Positions 25,784 through 34,036 of a DNA stretch of 62,492 nucleotides are shown here, one piece after another. The notes below the pieces were generated by a model. It did no database searches. It saw only the letters and a list, made by a program, of their open reading frames with translations, and had not been told where the DNA came from. The translations under genes were made by a program, and so were the position numbers. The stretch spans positions 1-62,492 of the forward strand of contig DCDF01000240.1 of the NCBI GenBank assembly GCA_002316295.1. Direction: 5' to 3'. Within the stretch, counting starts at the first letter, position 1, and each line of letters opens with the position of its first letter. The DNA comes from Syntrophaceae bacterium UBA1062 (GTDB taxonomy: Bacteria; Desulfobacterota; Desulfomonilia; UBA1062).

Positions 25784-26497
25784 TCACCGGTAGCTCACGA
25801 GCGTGAGCCGGTCGGGGTGAAGATCGAGATGGGCGGAGCAGTTGAAGCACGCCAGGGTGATCCGCCTGCCGTTGTACATGAACTTGGTGTACGATGTATT
25901 GATCACCTGCCAGTTGAGCCGGATGGCCGCGTCCGGAGTCAGTGACAGCGCATACTGCACGGCCGCCGCGATGGGTCCTCCGGAGGTGAACGCAAAAACG
26001 GTCCTGCCCCTTCCCTGCTCCTCCATGATCCGATCGATGGAACCGGACACACGGGCGGAGAACTCCTTCCATGTCTCTACGCCGGGGCTGTCGGACCTGC
26101 CGGACACCCACCGGAGCATGGCGTCTTCAAAGACCCTCTTGAACGATTCCTTGCTCTTGTACATGAGCGGCAAATGATCCGCAAGCCGGGGGTCGTCCGC
26201 CTGCATTCCGGGGAGCTGGGAGAGGACGATGGAGGAGGAATCGAACTCGTCGAGGCCGCTCGAGACATTGACCTCGGGAAGAACGTTTCCGCGTCTCTCA
26301 TAGCATGCCCGAACCTCTTTCTCGGTATCCTTCTGTCGGGTCATTGTTCCGCAGTAGACGGCATCAGGCGTCACCCCGGCTTTACAGAGATGCTCTCCGA
26401 GAATGAATGCCTGCCGCCTGCCCATGGGAGAGAGCCTGTCATAATTTTCCGCACCGAACGATGCCTGCCCGTGACGGATGAGATACAATACGCTCAT
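25784..26497 (-). CDS. histidine phosphatase (phosphoglycerate mutase) family protein
   Basis: RHG motif LYLIRHGQASFG. The ATG at 26497 is preferred over the TTG at 26533, which coincides with a -35-like hexamer. Confidence 0.85.
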   Translation of the reverse strand: MSVLYLIRHGQASFGAENYDRLSPMGRRQAFILGEHLCKAGVTPDAVYCGTMTRQKDTEKEVRACYERRGNVLPEVNVSSGLDEFDSSSIVLSQLPGMQADDPRLADHLPLMYKSKESFKRVFEDAMLRWVSGRSDSPGVETWKEFSARVSGSIDRIMEEQGRGRTVFAFTSGGPIAAAVQYALSLTPDAAIRLNWQVINTSYTKFMYNGRRITLACFNCSAHLDLHPDRLTLVSYR

Positions 26498-26503
26498 GAA
26501 AAT

Positions 26504-26533
26504 ACTATACCAAGCCGGGACCGGGCGAGTCAA
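26504..26533 (-). promoter_or_regulatory. candidate sigma-70 promoter, TTGACT-N18-TATAGT
   Basis: The -10 element ends 6 nt before the ATG at 26497, implying a leaderless or near-leaderless transcript. Confidence 0.4.
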
Positions 26534-26566
26534 TAAAAAAAGAACGAACGTTCGATTTTTTTATTG
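26531..26566. promoter_or_regulatory. 36-bp imperfect palindrome (candidate TetR operator)
   Basis: CAATAAAAAAA-GAACGAACGTTCGA-TTTTTTTATTG. The 11-nt arms are perfectly complementary and the core holds the perfect 10-bp palindrome CGAACGTTCG. It lies in the divergent intergenic region and overlaps the -35. Confidence 0.5.
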
Positions 26567-26629
26567 CATAAGCAGACCTGCTCGGTTATAAAGATATGCA
26601 ATGGGTTTCAGGAGTGCGGAGAGAAGACC

Positions 26630-27406
26630 GTGAAGATCCTCGTCTGCGTAAAGCAGGTATATGACAGCCCTGATACACTTGTATTCAACGAGTCGTCCGG
26701 TCGGGTGGAGTTCGGCTCTCACACCGTTTTCCGTATGAACCGTTATGACGAATATGCGGTCGAAGAAGCGCTGCGCATCCGCGAGCGAATCACGGGCGTT
26801 GCTGTCGATGCGGTCTCCGTCGGTCCCGACCGGGTCAGGAAAACCATCCGCCGCGCACTGGAGATGGGAGCGGATCACGGCATTCACATACGGACCGGGT
26901 GCGAAACAGATCTCGATCCCCTTGAGCGCGCGCATCTCATCGCCTCTCTGGCACGAGGCAGGCGCTATGATCTCATCCTCACCGGCGTCATGGCGGAAGA
27001 CGACATGCAGTCTCAGGTGGGAGGGCTTCTGGCCGGTATACTTGGATTTACGTGTGCGACCGGCATCATTTCCCTGGAGATGCACGGGAACCCCCGGGAG
27101 ATTCTTCTCGAGCGGGAGATCGAGGGAGGCAGACGGGAATGTCTTACCCTCGGGTTTCCCTGCGTTCTCACCATTCAGTCCGGCATCAATACTCCCAGAT
27201 ATCCCTCGCTTTCGCACGTGCTCAGAGCGCGGTCGGAAGAGCTCGAGCTGATAGAGGCCCCTTCTCCGGCCCCATCGCCGCCTCTCCTGAGCGTCAAGCG
27301 CTTCCTTCTTCCGGAAGAGGGAGAAAAGGGGGAAATCATCACGGGCACGCCCGGCGAGAAGGCGGCGAGGCTCCTGAGCATTCTCCGCGAGCATTCCCTG
27401 CTATAG
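26630..27406 (+). CDS. etfB: electron transfer flavoprotein beta subunit
   Basis: The GTG at 26630 gives VKILVCVKQVYD... (typical EtfB N-terminus) with a GGAGAG RBS. Confidence 0.9.
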   Translation: MKILVCVKQVYDSPDTLVFNESSGRVEFGSHTVFRMNRYDEYAVEEALRIRERITGVAVDAVSVGPDRVRKTIRRALEMGADHGIHIRTGCETDLDPLERAHLIASLARGRRYDLILTGVMAEDDMQSQVGGLLAGILGFTCATGIISLEMHGNPREILLEREIEGGRRECLTLGFPCVLTIQSGINTPRYPSLSHVLRARSEELELIEAPSPAPSPPLLSVKRFLLPEEGEKGEIITGTPGEKAARLLSILREHSLL

Positions 27407-27420
27407 GAGGCCATAGCAAT

Positions 27421-28401
27421 ATGATCGAGACCCGGTGCTATGTCATAGCCCTGCACGACAACGGCAGAGTCGCCGAGGAGACGTATGAGACGGCGGCATT
27501 CGCCCGCAGGTACGTCGCCGCGGACCCCTGTGTGGTGGTGCTCTCGGGAGGCGGGGAAATCGAACCCCTCGCCGGGCGCCTGGCGGACAGGACCGGACTA
27601 ACGGTCATCGGCCTTGCCGGGGATATCGTCCGGGAATACTGTGCAGAGGCATACACCGCTTCTCTCATCTCGTTCCTTCGGAAGAAGGGAAACGCGTTCG
27701 TCTGCATTCCCCACACCGCGCGGGGGATCGATTTCGCCCCTCAGCTCTCGGTGGGTATAGGGGCCTGCTGCATAACCGCCGTAGAAGGTGCCGGAGAAGG
27801 CACATTCATCCGATCGGTCTACAGCGGCAGATTCCGCAGCGAGGTGCGGCCGGAGACCCCCTCGGCCGTCCTGACCGTCATGCCGGGGGCGTTCAAGCCT
27901 GAAAAGGGCGCCATGCAGGGCCCGGGAAGCGTGAAGATTGTTCCGCTCAGGGCTTTTGAACTCTCAACGAAAACCCGGGGCACCCGCGAGGCCGTCCATG
28001 CAAACATGACACTGTCCAGGGCCGAGGTCGTCGTATCCGCCGGAAGGGGGCTTGGTTCCGCGGAGAACCTCAGGCTCGTGGAAATGCTCTCGGGAATATT
28101 CCCGAAGTCGGCAATCGGCGCGACTCGGGGTGTGTGCGACTTGGGCTGGCTGGATTACTCTCATCAGATTGGAACCACAGGCAATACCGTCGCTCCCCGG
28201 CTCTATCTGGCCTGCGGCATCTCAGGGGCCGTCCAGCACGTCTCCGGGATGAAGAATTCGCAGCTTATCGTTGCAATCAACACTGACCCCGATGCCTCGA
28301 TTTTCCGCACAGCCCACTTCGGCATTGTGGAGGATCTGAAGGTGTTCATTCCCCTGCTGGTGGATATGTACCGGGAAAAACACGGAGACGGTGACGCATA
28401 A
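27421..28401 (+). CDS. etfA: electron transfer flavoprotein alpha subunit
   Basis: ATG at 27421 after AGGAGG. C-terminal FAD-binding motif PRLYLACGISGAVQHVSGM. Confidence 0.9.
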   Translation: MIETRCYVIALHDNGRVAEETYETAAFARRYVAADPCVVVLSGGGEIEPLAGRLADRTGLTVIGLAGDIVREYCAEAYTASLISFLRKKGNAFVCIPHTARGIDFAPQLSVGIGACCITAVEGAGEGTFIRSVYSGRFRSEVRPETPSAVLTVMPGAFKPEKGAMQGPGSVKIVPLRAFELSTKTRGTREAVHANMTLSRAEVVVSAGRGLGSAENLRLVEMLSGIFPKSAIGATRGVCDLGWLDYSHQIGTTGNTVAPRLYLACGISGAVQHVSGMKNSQLIVAINTDPDASIFRTAHFGIVEDLKVFIPLLVDMYREKHGDGDA

Positions 28402-28435
28402 GAAGTGTATCATACTATTTCATGGGAGGTTTCTT

Positions 28436-28966
28436 GTGATCTATTCATATAACGGCAAAACACCGGTCATAGGCGAGGGAACATGGATAGCCCCCAATGC
28501 ATACATCATCGGAGATGTGAGAATCGGCAGCCGGTGCTGGATCGGGCCGAGCGCGGTGATCAGAGGCGATTTCGGAGTCATATCCATCGGTGACGAGACT
28601 GCGGTGGAAGACGGGGTGGTGATTCACACTCCCTCTTCTGTGACCATCGGCCGTGCCGTCATCATCGGCCATCTGGCCCTGGTGCACGGGAGCAGGGTGG
28701 GGGATTGCTCGGTGATCGGGATGCATGCGACCCTGGGAGACAATTCCGTGGTGGGGAGCTGGGCGATCATTGCGGAGCACTCGCTGGTGAAGAAAAACCA
28801 GAACGTTCCGGACTACAAGCTCTACGCAGGCTCTCCCGCCGTGGAAAAGGGCGATGTGAGTGAGAGGTACCGCGAGATCATGGCCTTGGGCAAGCAGATG
28901 TATGTGGAGCTGGCCGAACGGTACCGGACCTCGCTCATTGCAGTGCAACCGCCCGACAGAGAGTGA
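28436..28966 (+). CDS. gamma-carbonic-anhydrase-like / hexapeptide-repeat (PaaY-like) protein
   Basis: GTG at 28436 after GGGAGG. Left-handed beta-helix repeats (IGDVRIGSRCWIGPSAVIRGD...). Confidence 0.85.
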   Translation: MIYSYNGKTPVIGEGTWIAPNAYIIGDVRIGSRCWIGPSAVIRGDFGVISIGDETAVEDGVVIHTPSSVTIGRAVIIGHLALVHGSRVGDCSVIGMHATLGDNSVVGSWAIIAEHSLVKKNQNVPDYKLYAGSPAVEKGDVSERYREIMALGKQMYVELAERYRTSLIAVQPPDRE

Positions 28967-29089
28967 CCGGCGGCGGCAGAAAGCCGTCCATCCAAATGAT
29001 GTACCTCAGGCCGATCAGCGGGCTGTCTTCCGAATGAAGCATGAAAACACATCAGGCGTGAATCCGGCCTCATCTCCCTCAGATGCTTC

Positions 29090-29698
29090 CTACCTGATTT
29101 TCTCCAGCTCGTGGATGATCTCTTCGAGAGGCGGTCTCTTGTTGATGTTGTGAAGGGCGATATAGCGGATCTTGCCCTTTTTGTCGACGATGATGATCGT
29201 GCGGTCCGCCATGCCGTCCGATCTGAGCACCCCGTATTTGGCCGCTGCTTCTCCGTGGGGCCAGAAATCGGAGAGGACCGGGAACCACAGCCCCCCCATC
29301 TGCGAGGTCCACGCGTGCAGTGTCGGGATGTTGTCGGTGCTGATGCCCAGGATTACGGCGTTGTGCTTTCTGAACACGTCCTGAGCGATATTGTACCCGG
29401 GCCACTGATCTGAGCAGGCAGGGGTCCATGCTGCCGGAATGAAAGAGACGACCACTGTGTTTTTCCCCCGATAGTCGGACAGGGACACCGTCTTTCCCGA
29501 CAGGGACTTCAGCGTGAAGTCCGGCGCCTGCTCCCCAACCCGCACCTTGAGCAGGCTGTCGGTCGCCTTGAGCGGCCCTGGATCGTAGATCAAGTCCTTC
29601 CTGGCCATCACCGTCGGGGCGACCGCCGCCCCCAGCAAAATAATCAACCCTCCCAGAAGAGCCGCCCTGAATGTCATTTTCATGGCTTTCCTCCTCAT
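29090..29698 (-). CDS. secreted peroxiredoxin (AhpC/TSA-redoxin family)
   Basis: 202 aa. Signal peptide ending VMA, peroxidatic Cys context AAWTPACSDQ. Confidence 0.85.
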   Translation of the reverse strand: MRRKAMKMTFRAALLGGLIILLGAAVAPTVMARKDLIYDPGPLKATDSLLKVRVGEQAPDFTLKSLSGKTVSLSDYRGKNTVVVSFIPAAWTPACSDQWPGYNIAQDVFRKHNAVILGISTDNIPTLHAWTSQMGGLWFPVLSDFWPHGEAAAKYGVLRSDGMADRTIIIVDKKGKIRYIALHNINKRPPLEEIIHELEKIR

Positions 29699-30270
29699 TT
29701 GATCCCCGATTCCTTCACGATCATGTCGAGAAACGCCTCTGCATCGGGAAAAGCACCCGATTTCGAGTACACTATTTCATGAATCGATCCCTCCCTGATC
29801 CGAAGCGCGAAGTAATGCGGGGTGTATATCCCGCTGATCGTGCTCAGTGCAACGGAATCCCTGTCATCGAACATGGGGAAGGGAGACGAGTATTTGTCTT
29901 TGAATATCCCCACCTCATAGCGCGAGTTCCCCACCCCGATGCCAATCATCTTCACTTTGTTCCTGATATCTTTTCTGCTGTCGAGAACGCGAAAGAGCTT
30001 GTTGGCGTCAGGGGCGTGCTTCTGGCAATGAGGGCAGTACATGCTGAAAATCTCTACGATGAGGATCTCTGCGTCGATCTGTCCGAGGGAAATCTTCTCT
30101 TCCTCATCATCAAGCCCGAGGTACTCCCGGTCTCCGGCGGCTTCAGGCGCGTACAGGGTGAGCGCATTCAACGCGCGCAGATGATCGTCCCGCGCCTCCA
30201 GAGTCGATGCCGCACTGAAAAGAACGAGAGCCGCCATTCCCATGCCCGCCATGATAGCAGGAATACGCAT
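29695..30270 (-). CDS. secreted thioredoxin-fold protein (TlpA-like), CPHC motif
   Basis: 191 aa. Signal peptide, then SMYCPHCQKH. 4-nt overlap with the peroxiredoxin gene. Confidence 0.75.
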   Translation of the reverse strand: MRIPAIMAGMGMAALVLFSAASTLEARDDHLRALNALTLYAPEAAGDREYLGLDDEEEKISLGQIDAEILIVEIFSMYCPHCQKHAPDANKLFRVLDSRKDIRNKVKMIGIGVGNSRYEVGIFKDKYSSPFPMFDDRDSVALSTISGIYTPHYFALRIREGSIHEIVYSKSGAFPDAEAFLDMIVKESGIK

Positions 30271-30357
30271 AATCCGGCTCCTAATGGTTCCGGCCCGTAT
30301 TCCCCGGAGAGCACTGTCCTTCCCGAAGAATGCGGACCGGCGGATAGTTGAGAGACC

Positions 30358-30933
30358 TTACCAGTTTTCACCCAGCAGCTCGAAGTGATCCCTCGGGTGA
30401 GCGCAGGCGGCACAGGCCGCAGGGGCTTCCGTTCCCGTGTGCAGATACCCGCAGTTGCGGCATCTCCACACCACCTCGGCATCCCGCTTGAAAACGCGCC
30501 CCTGGTCGATGTTTGCCGCGAGGTCTCTGTAGCGTTTCTCGTGCTGTTTTTCAGCCACGCTGACAGCTTCCCATACCCGGGCGATGGCTTCGAACCCCTC
30601 TTCACGCGCCGTCTTGGCAAAACCCGGATACATCACGGTGTGCTCGTGATTCTCTCCTGCGGCGGCAGCCTTGAGATTCTCCAGGGTCGTGCCGATGACC
30701 CCGGCCGGGAAGCTCGCCTTGATTTCCACCTCTCCTCCTTCGAGGAACTTGAAGAACCGCTTTGCATGCTCTTTTTCCTGATTGGCCGTTTCTTCGAATA
30801 TGTCCGCGATCTGGACATACCCTTCCTTGCGCGCCTGACTCGCAAAGTAGGTATAGCGGTTGCGAGCCTGGGCCTCCCCTGCAAACGACGCAAGGAGATT
30901 CTTTTCTGTCTGCGTCCCGGTCAGTTTTCCCAT
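30358..30933 (-). CDS. rbr: rubrerythrin
   Basis: 191 aa. Diiron ferritin-like E..EH motifs plus a C-terminal rubredoxin domain (CRNCGY...CAACAH). Confidence 0.95.
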   Translation of the reverse strand: MGKLTGTQTEKNLLASFAGEAQARNRYTYFASQARKEGYVQIADIFEETANQEKEHAKRFFKFLEGGEVEIKASFPAGVIGTTLENLKAAAAGENHEHTVMYPGFAKTAREEGFEAIARVWEAVSVAEKQHEKRYRDLAANIDQGRVFKRDAEVVWRCRNCGYLHTGTEAPAACAACAHPRDHFELLGENW

Positions 30934-30945
30934 AAATCCCCCTTT

Positions 30946-31401
30946 CTATTTTCGTAGGATATTGTTTTTCCTGCTGTCATCTCGTATGACTTTTTCTGTA
31001 TTCCCGCTGCGGCATCGGGGGCAGATTCCATAGAGATCCACGGAAAAGCCCTTCACCTCATACCCGGCAATCTTCTCCGCATCTCTCTTGATGGAGTCGA
31101 TACCTGCATTCGCACTCGGGCGGATATCGTCGACCCGATTGCAGACAAGGCACCTGATGTGATGGTGATCGTCCGTTACGGCATCGAACCTTCGCTGTCC
31201 CGAGCCCATATCAAGGCGGCTGATGAGCCCCTGTGATGAGAGGACCTCCAGATTCCGGTATACCGTGCCCAAGCTGATATGCGGAAGGCGCCTTCTGACC
31301 TTCTCGTAGACATCCGAGGCGCTCGGATGCCCGCGGGTTCTGCCGATCTCCTCGAGTATCATGCGTCTCTGCTCTGTCATCCTGTGTTTTTTCAAAGACA
31401 T
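30946..31401 (-). CDS. perR: Fur family regulator, PerR-like
   Basis: 151 aa. HHHIRCLVCNRV and CPRC metal sites. Immediately upstream of rbr. Confidence 0.85.
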   Translation of the reverse strand: MSLKKHRMTEQRRMILEEIGRTRGHPSASDVYEKVRRRLPHISLGTVYRNLEVLSSQGLISRLDMGSGQRRFDAVTDDHHHIRCLVCNRVDDIRPSANAGIDSIKRDAEKIAGYEVKGFSVDLYGICPRCRSGNTEKVIRDDSRKNNILRK

Positions 31402-31461
31402 TCCATTCCCGCCAGGCCGGAGAAAGCCTTCAACCCGGCGTTCCGACCTGGCTTTTACGGT

Positions 31462-31476
31462 TAATGATAATTATTA
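31462..31476. promoter_or_regulatory. Fur/PerR-type 7-1-7 box TAATGAT-A-ATTATTA
   Basis: One mismatched pair. 61-75 nt upstream of the perR start. Confidence 0.5.
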
Positions 31477-31693
31477 CTGTCAGTCAACGACAAATCAAGA
31501 CCTGCATTGGAAAAAATATATAAACAATCGGCATTCCTTTCAGGCTCTCTTCGGGTAAGCCTCTCCTCCCTTCGGATCAATCATTTTCCACAAAAACACG
31601 CATGCGCGAGGTGTTCAGGCCGAATATCCTTCTGCCGGCCATCCGGCGGCGGTTCTCAGCATGTACCGGACAAATCCGCCGGACAGGCAGAGG

Positions 31694-32209
31694 TCATTTC
31701 TTTGTGTATCCCTCAAAGCTCAGAGCCTTCTTTATGATGTTCTTGGCAAAAAACTGTGCATCATCGAGATCGGCCCTGTCCGGATGCGACTTGGCTGATT
31801 GGGCTTCCGCGGCCCACGCCCTGTGCTCCGGCCTGTTCATCAGCTCGTCGATGATTTCCTGCTCCACTCCCCCTCTGCAAGTGAACGAGCCGAGCACCTC
31901 GGCCTTGACCAGGCCGACGGCATTATTGATTGCCTCCTTGGGCATCTGCCCCTCTCTCTGGGAGCCGTGAGTGGAAAACAGGGCCACTTTTGCCTCAGGC
32001 TGAATCTTCTTCAGAAAACTCTGCGCAGCTACGGGAACACTGTGCGCGTGAACGGGAAACCCGCAGAATATGAGATCATATCCTTGGACATCTTCGATCT
32101 CTTTCATGGGCTTGAGAGTCTTGTCGTTTTTGTCCAGAGCCTCGTATATGGCTTCTGCGACCTTCTTGGTATTGCCGGTCTTCGTGTAATAGGCGACCAG
32201 TATCTTCAT
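31694..32209 (-). CDS. flavodoxin family protein
   Basis: MKILVAYYTKTGNTKKVAE N-terminus. The ATG at 32209 follows GGAGAGGAG. Confidence 0.8.
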   Translation of the reverse strand: MKILVAYYTKTGNTKKVAEAIYEALDKNDKTLKPMKEIEDVQGYDLIFCGFPVHAHSVPVAAQSFLKKIQPEAKVALFSTHGSQREGQMPKEAINNAVGLVKAEVLGSFTCRGGVEQEIIDELMNRPEHRAWAAEAQSAKSHPDRADLDDAQFFAKNIIKKALSFEGYTKK

Positions 32210-32440
32210 TCGATTCTCCTCTCCTGATATTTTTATTCTCACAATCTTGTTAAAAATCCCAATAACGGAAGTATAGAGTTAATATCAGAAAAATCAATAG
32301 CATATCTGCGCTCAAGGCATGAGAATCACCTCCCGCCCGCACAAGCAACAGGGTGATGGAGCCTCACGATCGGCTGGCTGCAATCGATCTGAGCTCGTCG
32401 AGTAAAGAAAAAGTGCATGCAAATTTCACCGGGATGCCCT

Positions 32441-32457
32441 ATTATACATTGTATTAT
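32441..32457. promoter_or_regulatory. Fur/PerR-type inverted repeat ATTATACA-T-TGTATTAT
   Basis: 8-1-8 dyad with one mismatched pair. 24 nt upstream of the thioredoxin start. Confidence 0.45.
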
Positions 32458-32480
32458 GAAAATTTGCGGCAGGCGGTGAG

Positions 32481-32792
32481 ATGTTGAAAGAGATCAACGA
32501 GGCGTGCCTTGATGGATTCCTCGTGCATCCGGTGGCCGTTCTGATCTTTTCTTCGCCGTGGTGCACATCGTGCAAAAAACTCGCGACATCCCTGGAAGGG
32601 CTTTGCAGGCGGCTTGAAAGCCGGGTTGCCTTCGGGATGTGCGATATCAGCGCAAACCCATCCATCCCGTCGAAAATGCAGGTATTCAGTGTGCCGGCCC
32701 TGATCGTCTTCAAGGAAGGCCGTGAGGTGAGACGGCTCCAGGGGCAGGCGTCCGAAGCGGAAATATCGAAGGCGCTGGAAGTATACCTATGA
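32481..32792 (+). CDS. thioredoxin family protein
   Basis: 103 aa. WCTSC active site. Confidence 0.85.
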   Translation: MLKEINEACLDGFLVHPVAVLIFSSPWCTSCKKLATSLEGLCRRLESRVAFGMCDISANPSIPSKMQVFSVPALIVFKEGREVRRLQGQASEAEISKALEVYL

Positions 32793-33496
32793 GTCTGGAT
32801 TTTCTGGCCGGTTTCGAGGCATACCTTTCCGGAACATCTCTGATGGCGTATGTCATGGCGTATTTCGCCGGGCTTATGGTGAGCTTCACCCCCTGCATCT
32901 ATCCGATGATTCCGGTGACGGTCGCCTATATCGCGTCCCAGAGCTCGGGCTCCAGGATCAGAGGGTTCATCCTGTCGCTGTTCTATGTGCTGGGAACATC
33001 TTTTACGTACACGGTCATGGGCTACGCGGCCGCTGTTTCCGGGCAGCTGTTCGGCCAGATACAGACCAGCCCGTGGACATATTTCTTCGTGGCGAATATC
33101 TGCATCCTCATGGGTCTTTCCATGCTCGGGGTGTTCACCCTGCCGCTGCCAAGGTTCCTAAGCGGCCGGCCGGCGCGGCCGGGGAGAGGGCTCCTCGGGG
33201 CCTTCGTTCTGGGGGCAAGCGTCGGTCTCATTCTGGGGCCGTGCTCGGCACCCGTCCTCGGAGTGCTCCTCGGCTACGTCGCGACCCAGCAGAATCCTCT
33301 GTTCGGCACGAGCCTGCTCTTTGTCTTCGCCTTTGGGATGGGAACCCTTCTCATCGCCCTGGGCACGTTCACGGGTCTTCTCACCAATCTTCCCAGGGCG
33401 GGAAAATGGATGGTCATCATCCAGAAGGCGTTCGGCTGGGCGCTCATTGCACTGGGTGAGTATTTTCTCATCTCTGCGGGGCAGTTCATGATCTAA
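32789..33496 (+). CDS. ccdA: CcdA/DsbD-family thiol-disulfide transmembrane electron transporter
   Basis: 235 aa. Multi-TM protein with conserved Cys in SFTPCIYPMIP and GPCSAPVL. Confidence 0.9.
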   Translation: MSLDFLAGFEAYLSGTSLMAYVMAYFAGLMVSFTPCIYPMIPVTVAYIASQSSGSRIRGFILSLFYVLGTSFTYTVMGYAAAVSGQLFGQIQTSPWTYFFVANICILMGLSMLGVFTLPLPRFLSGRPARPGRGLLGAFVLGASVGLILGPCSAPVLGVLLGYVATQQNPLFGTSLLFVFAFGMGTLLIALGTFTGLLTNLPRAGKWMVIIQKAFGWALIALGEYFLISAGQFMI

Positions 33497-33510
33497 ACGG
33501 GAGAATATCT

Positions 33511-34020
33511 ATGATACGAAGAATCGTCGTCTGTTCGATGCTGCTGTTCATCGCCGTGCTGCCCTTCGCTTCGTGCGATGAAGGCACACCCCAAAAGAAG
33601 GTCGGCACTCCTGCCGAAGCACTCGGCATGGCCCCCGGATTCAGTCTTCAGGACCTTTCGGGCAGGACCTTCAGCCTCGAGGAATACCGGGGCAAGGTGG
33701 TTCTGGTCTACTTCACCACCACCTGGTGTCCATACTGCAAGAGGGACATCCCCAATCTCAAAAAGATGTACGACCGCTACAGGGATCGGGATTTCGAGAT
33801 TCTCTCCATTTTCATCCAGGAGAGCCGTCAGAAAGTCTCTTCCTTTGCAGAGAGATACGAACTGCCCTACCCGGTGCTCCTGGATCCGGATGGCGCCGTC
33901 GCCGCGCGCTACGGGGTGAGGGGCGTGCCCACAAAAATCGTCGTCTCACCCGACGGGACCATGGTCTGCTGGATGTGCGGGGACCTGGAAGGGTCCCTGG
34001 AGAAGCTTCTCGGGAAATAA
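33511..34020 (+). CDS. TlpA/ResA-family thiol-disulfide oxidoreductase lipoprotein
   Basis: 169 aa. Lipobox FASC and WCPYC active site. Confidence 0.9.
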   Translation: MIRRIVVCSMLLFIAVLPFASCDEGTPQKKVGTPAEALGMAPGFSLQDLSGRTFSLEEYRGKVVLVYFTTTWCPYCKRDIPNLKKMYDRYRDRDFEILSIFIQESRQKVSSFAERYELPYPVLLDPDGAVAARYGVRGVPTKIVVSPDGTMVCWMCGDLEGSLEKLLGK

Positions 34021-34036
34021 TGATCCCCTCGTTCAC

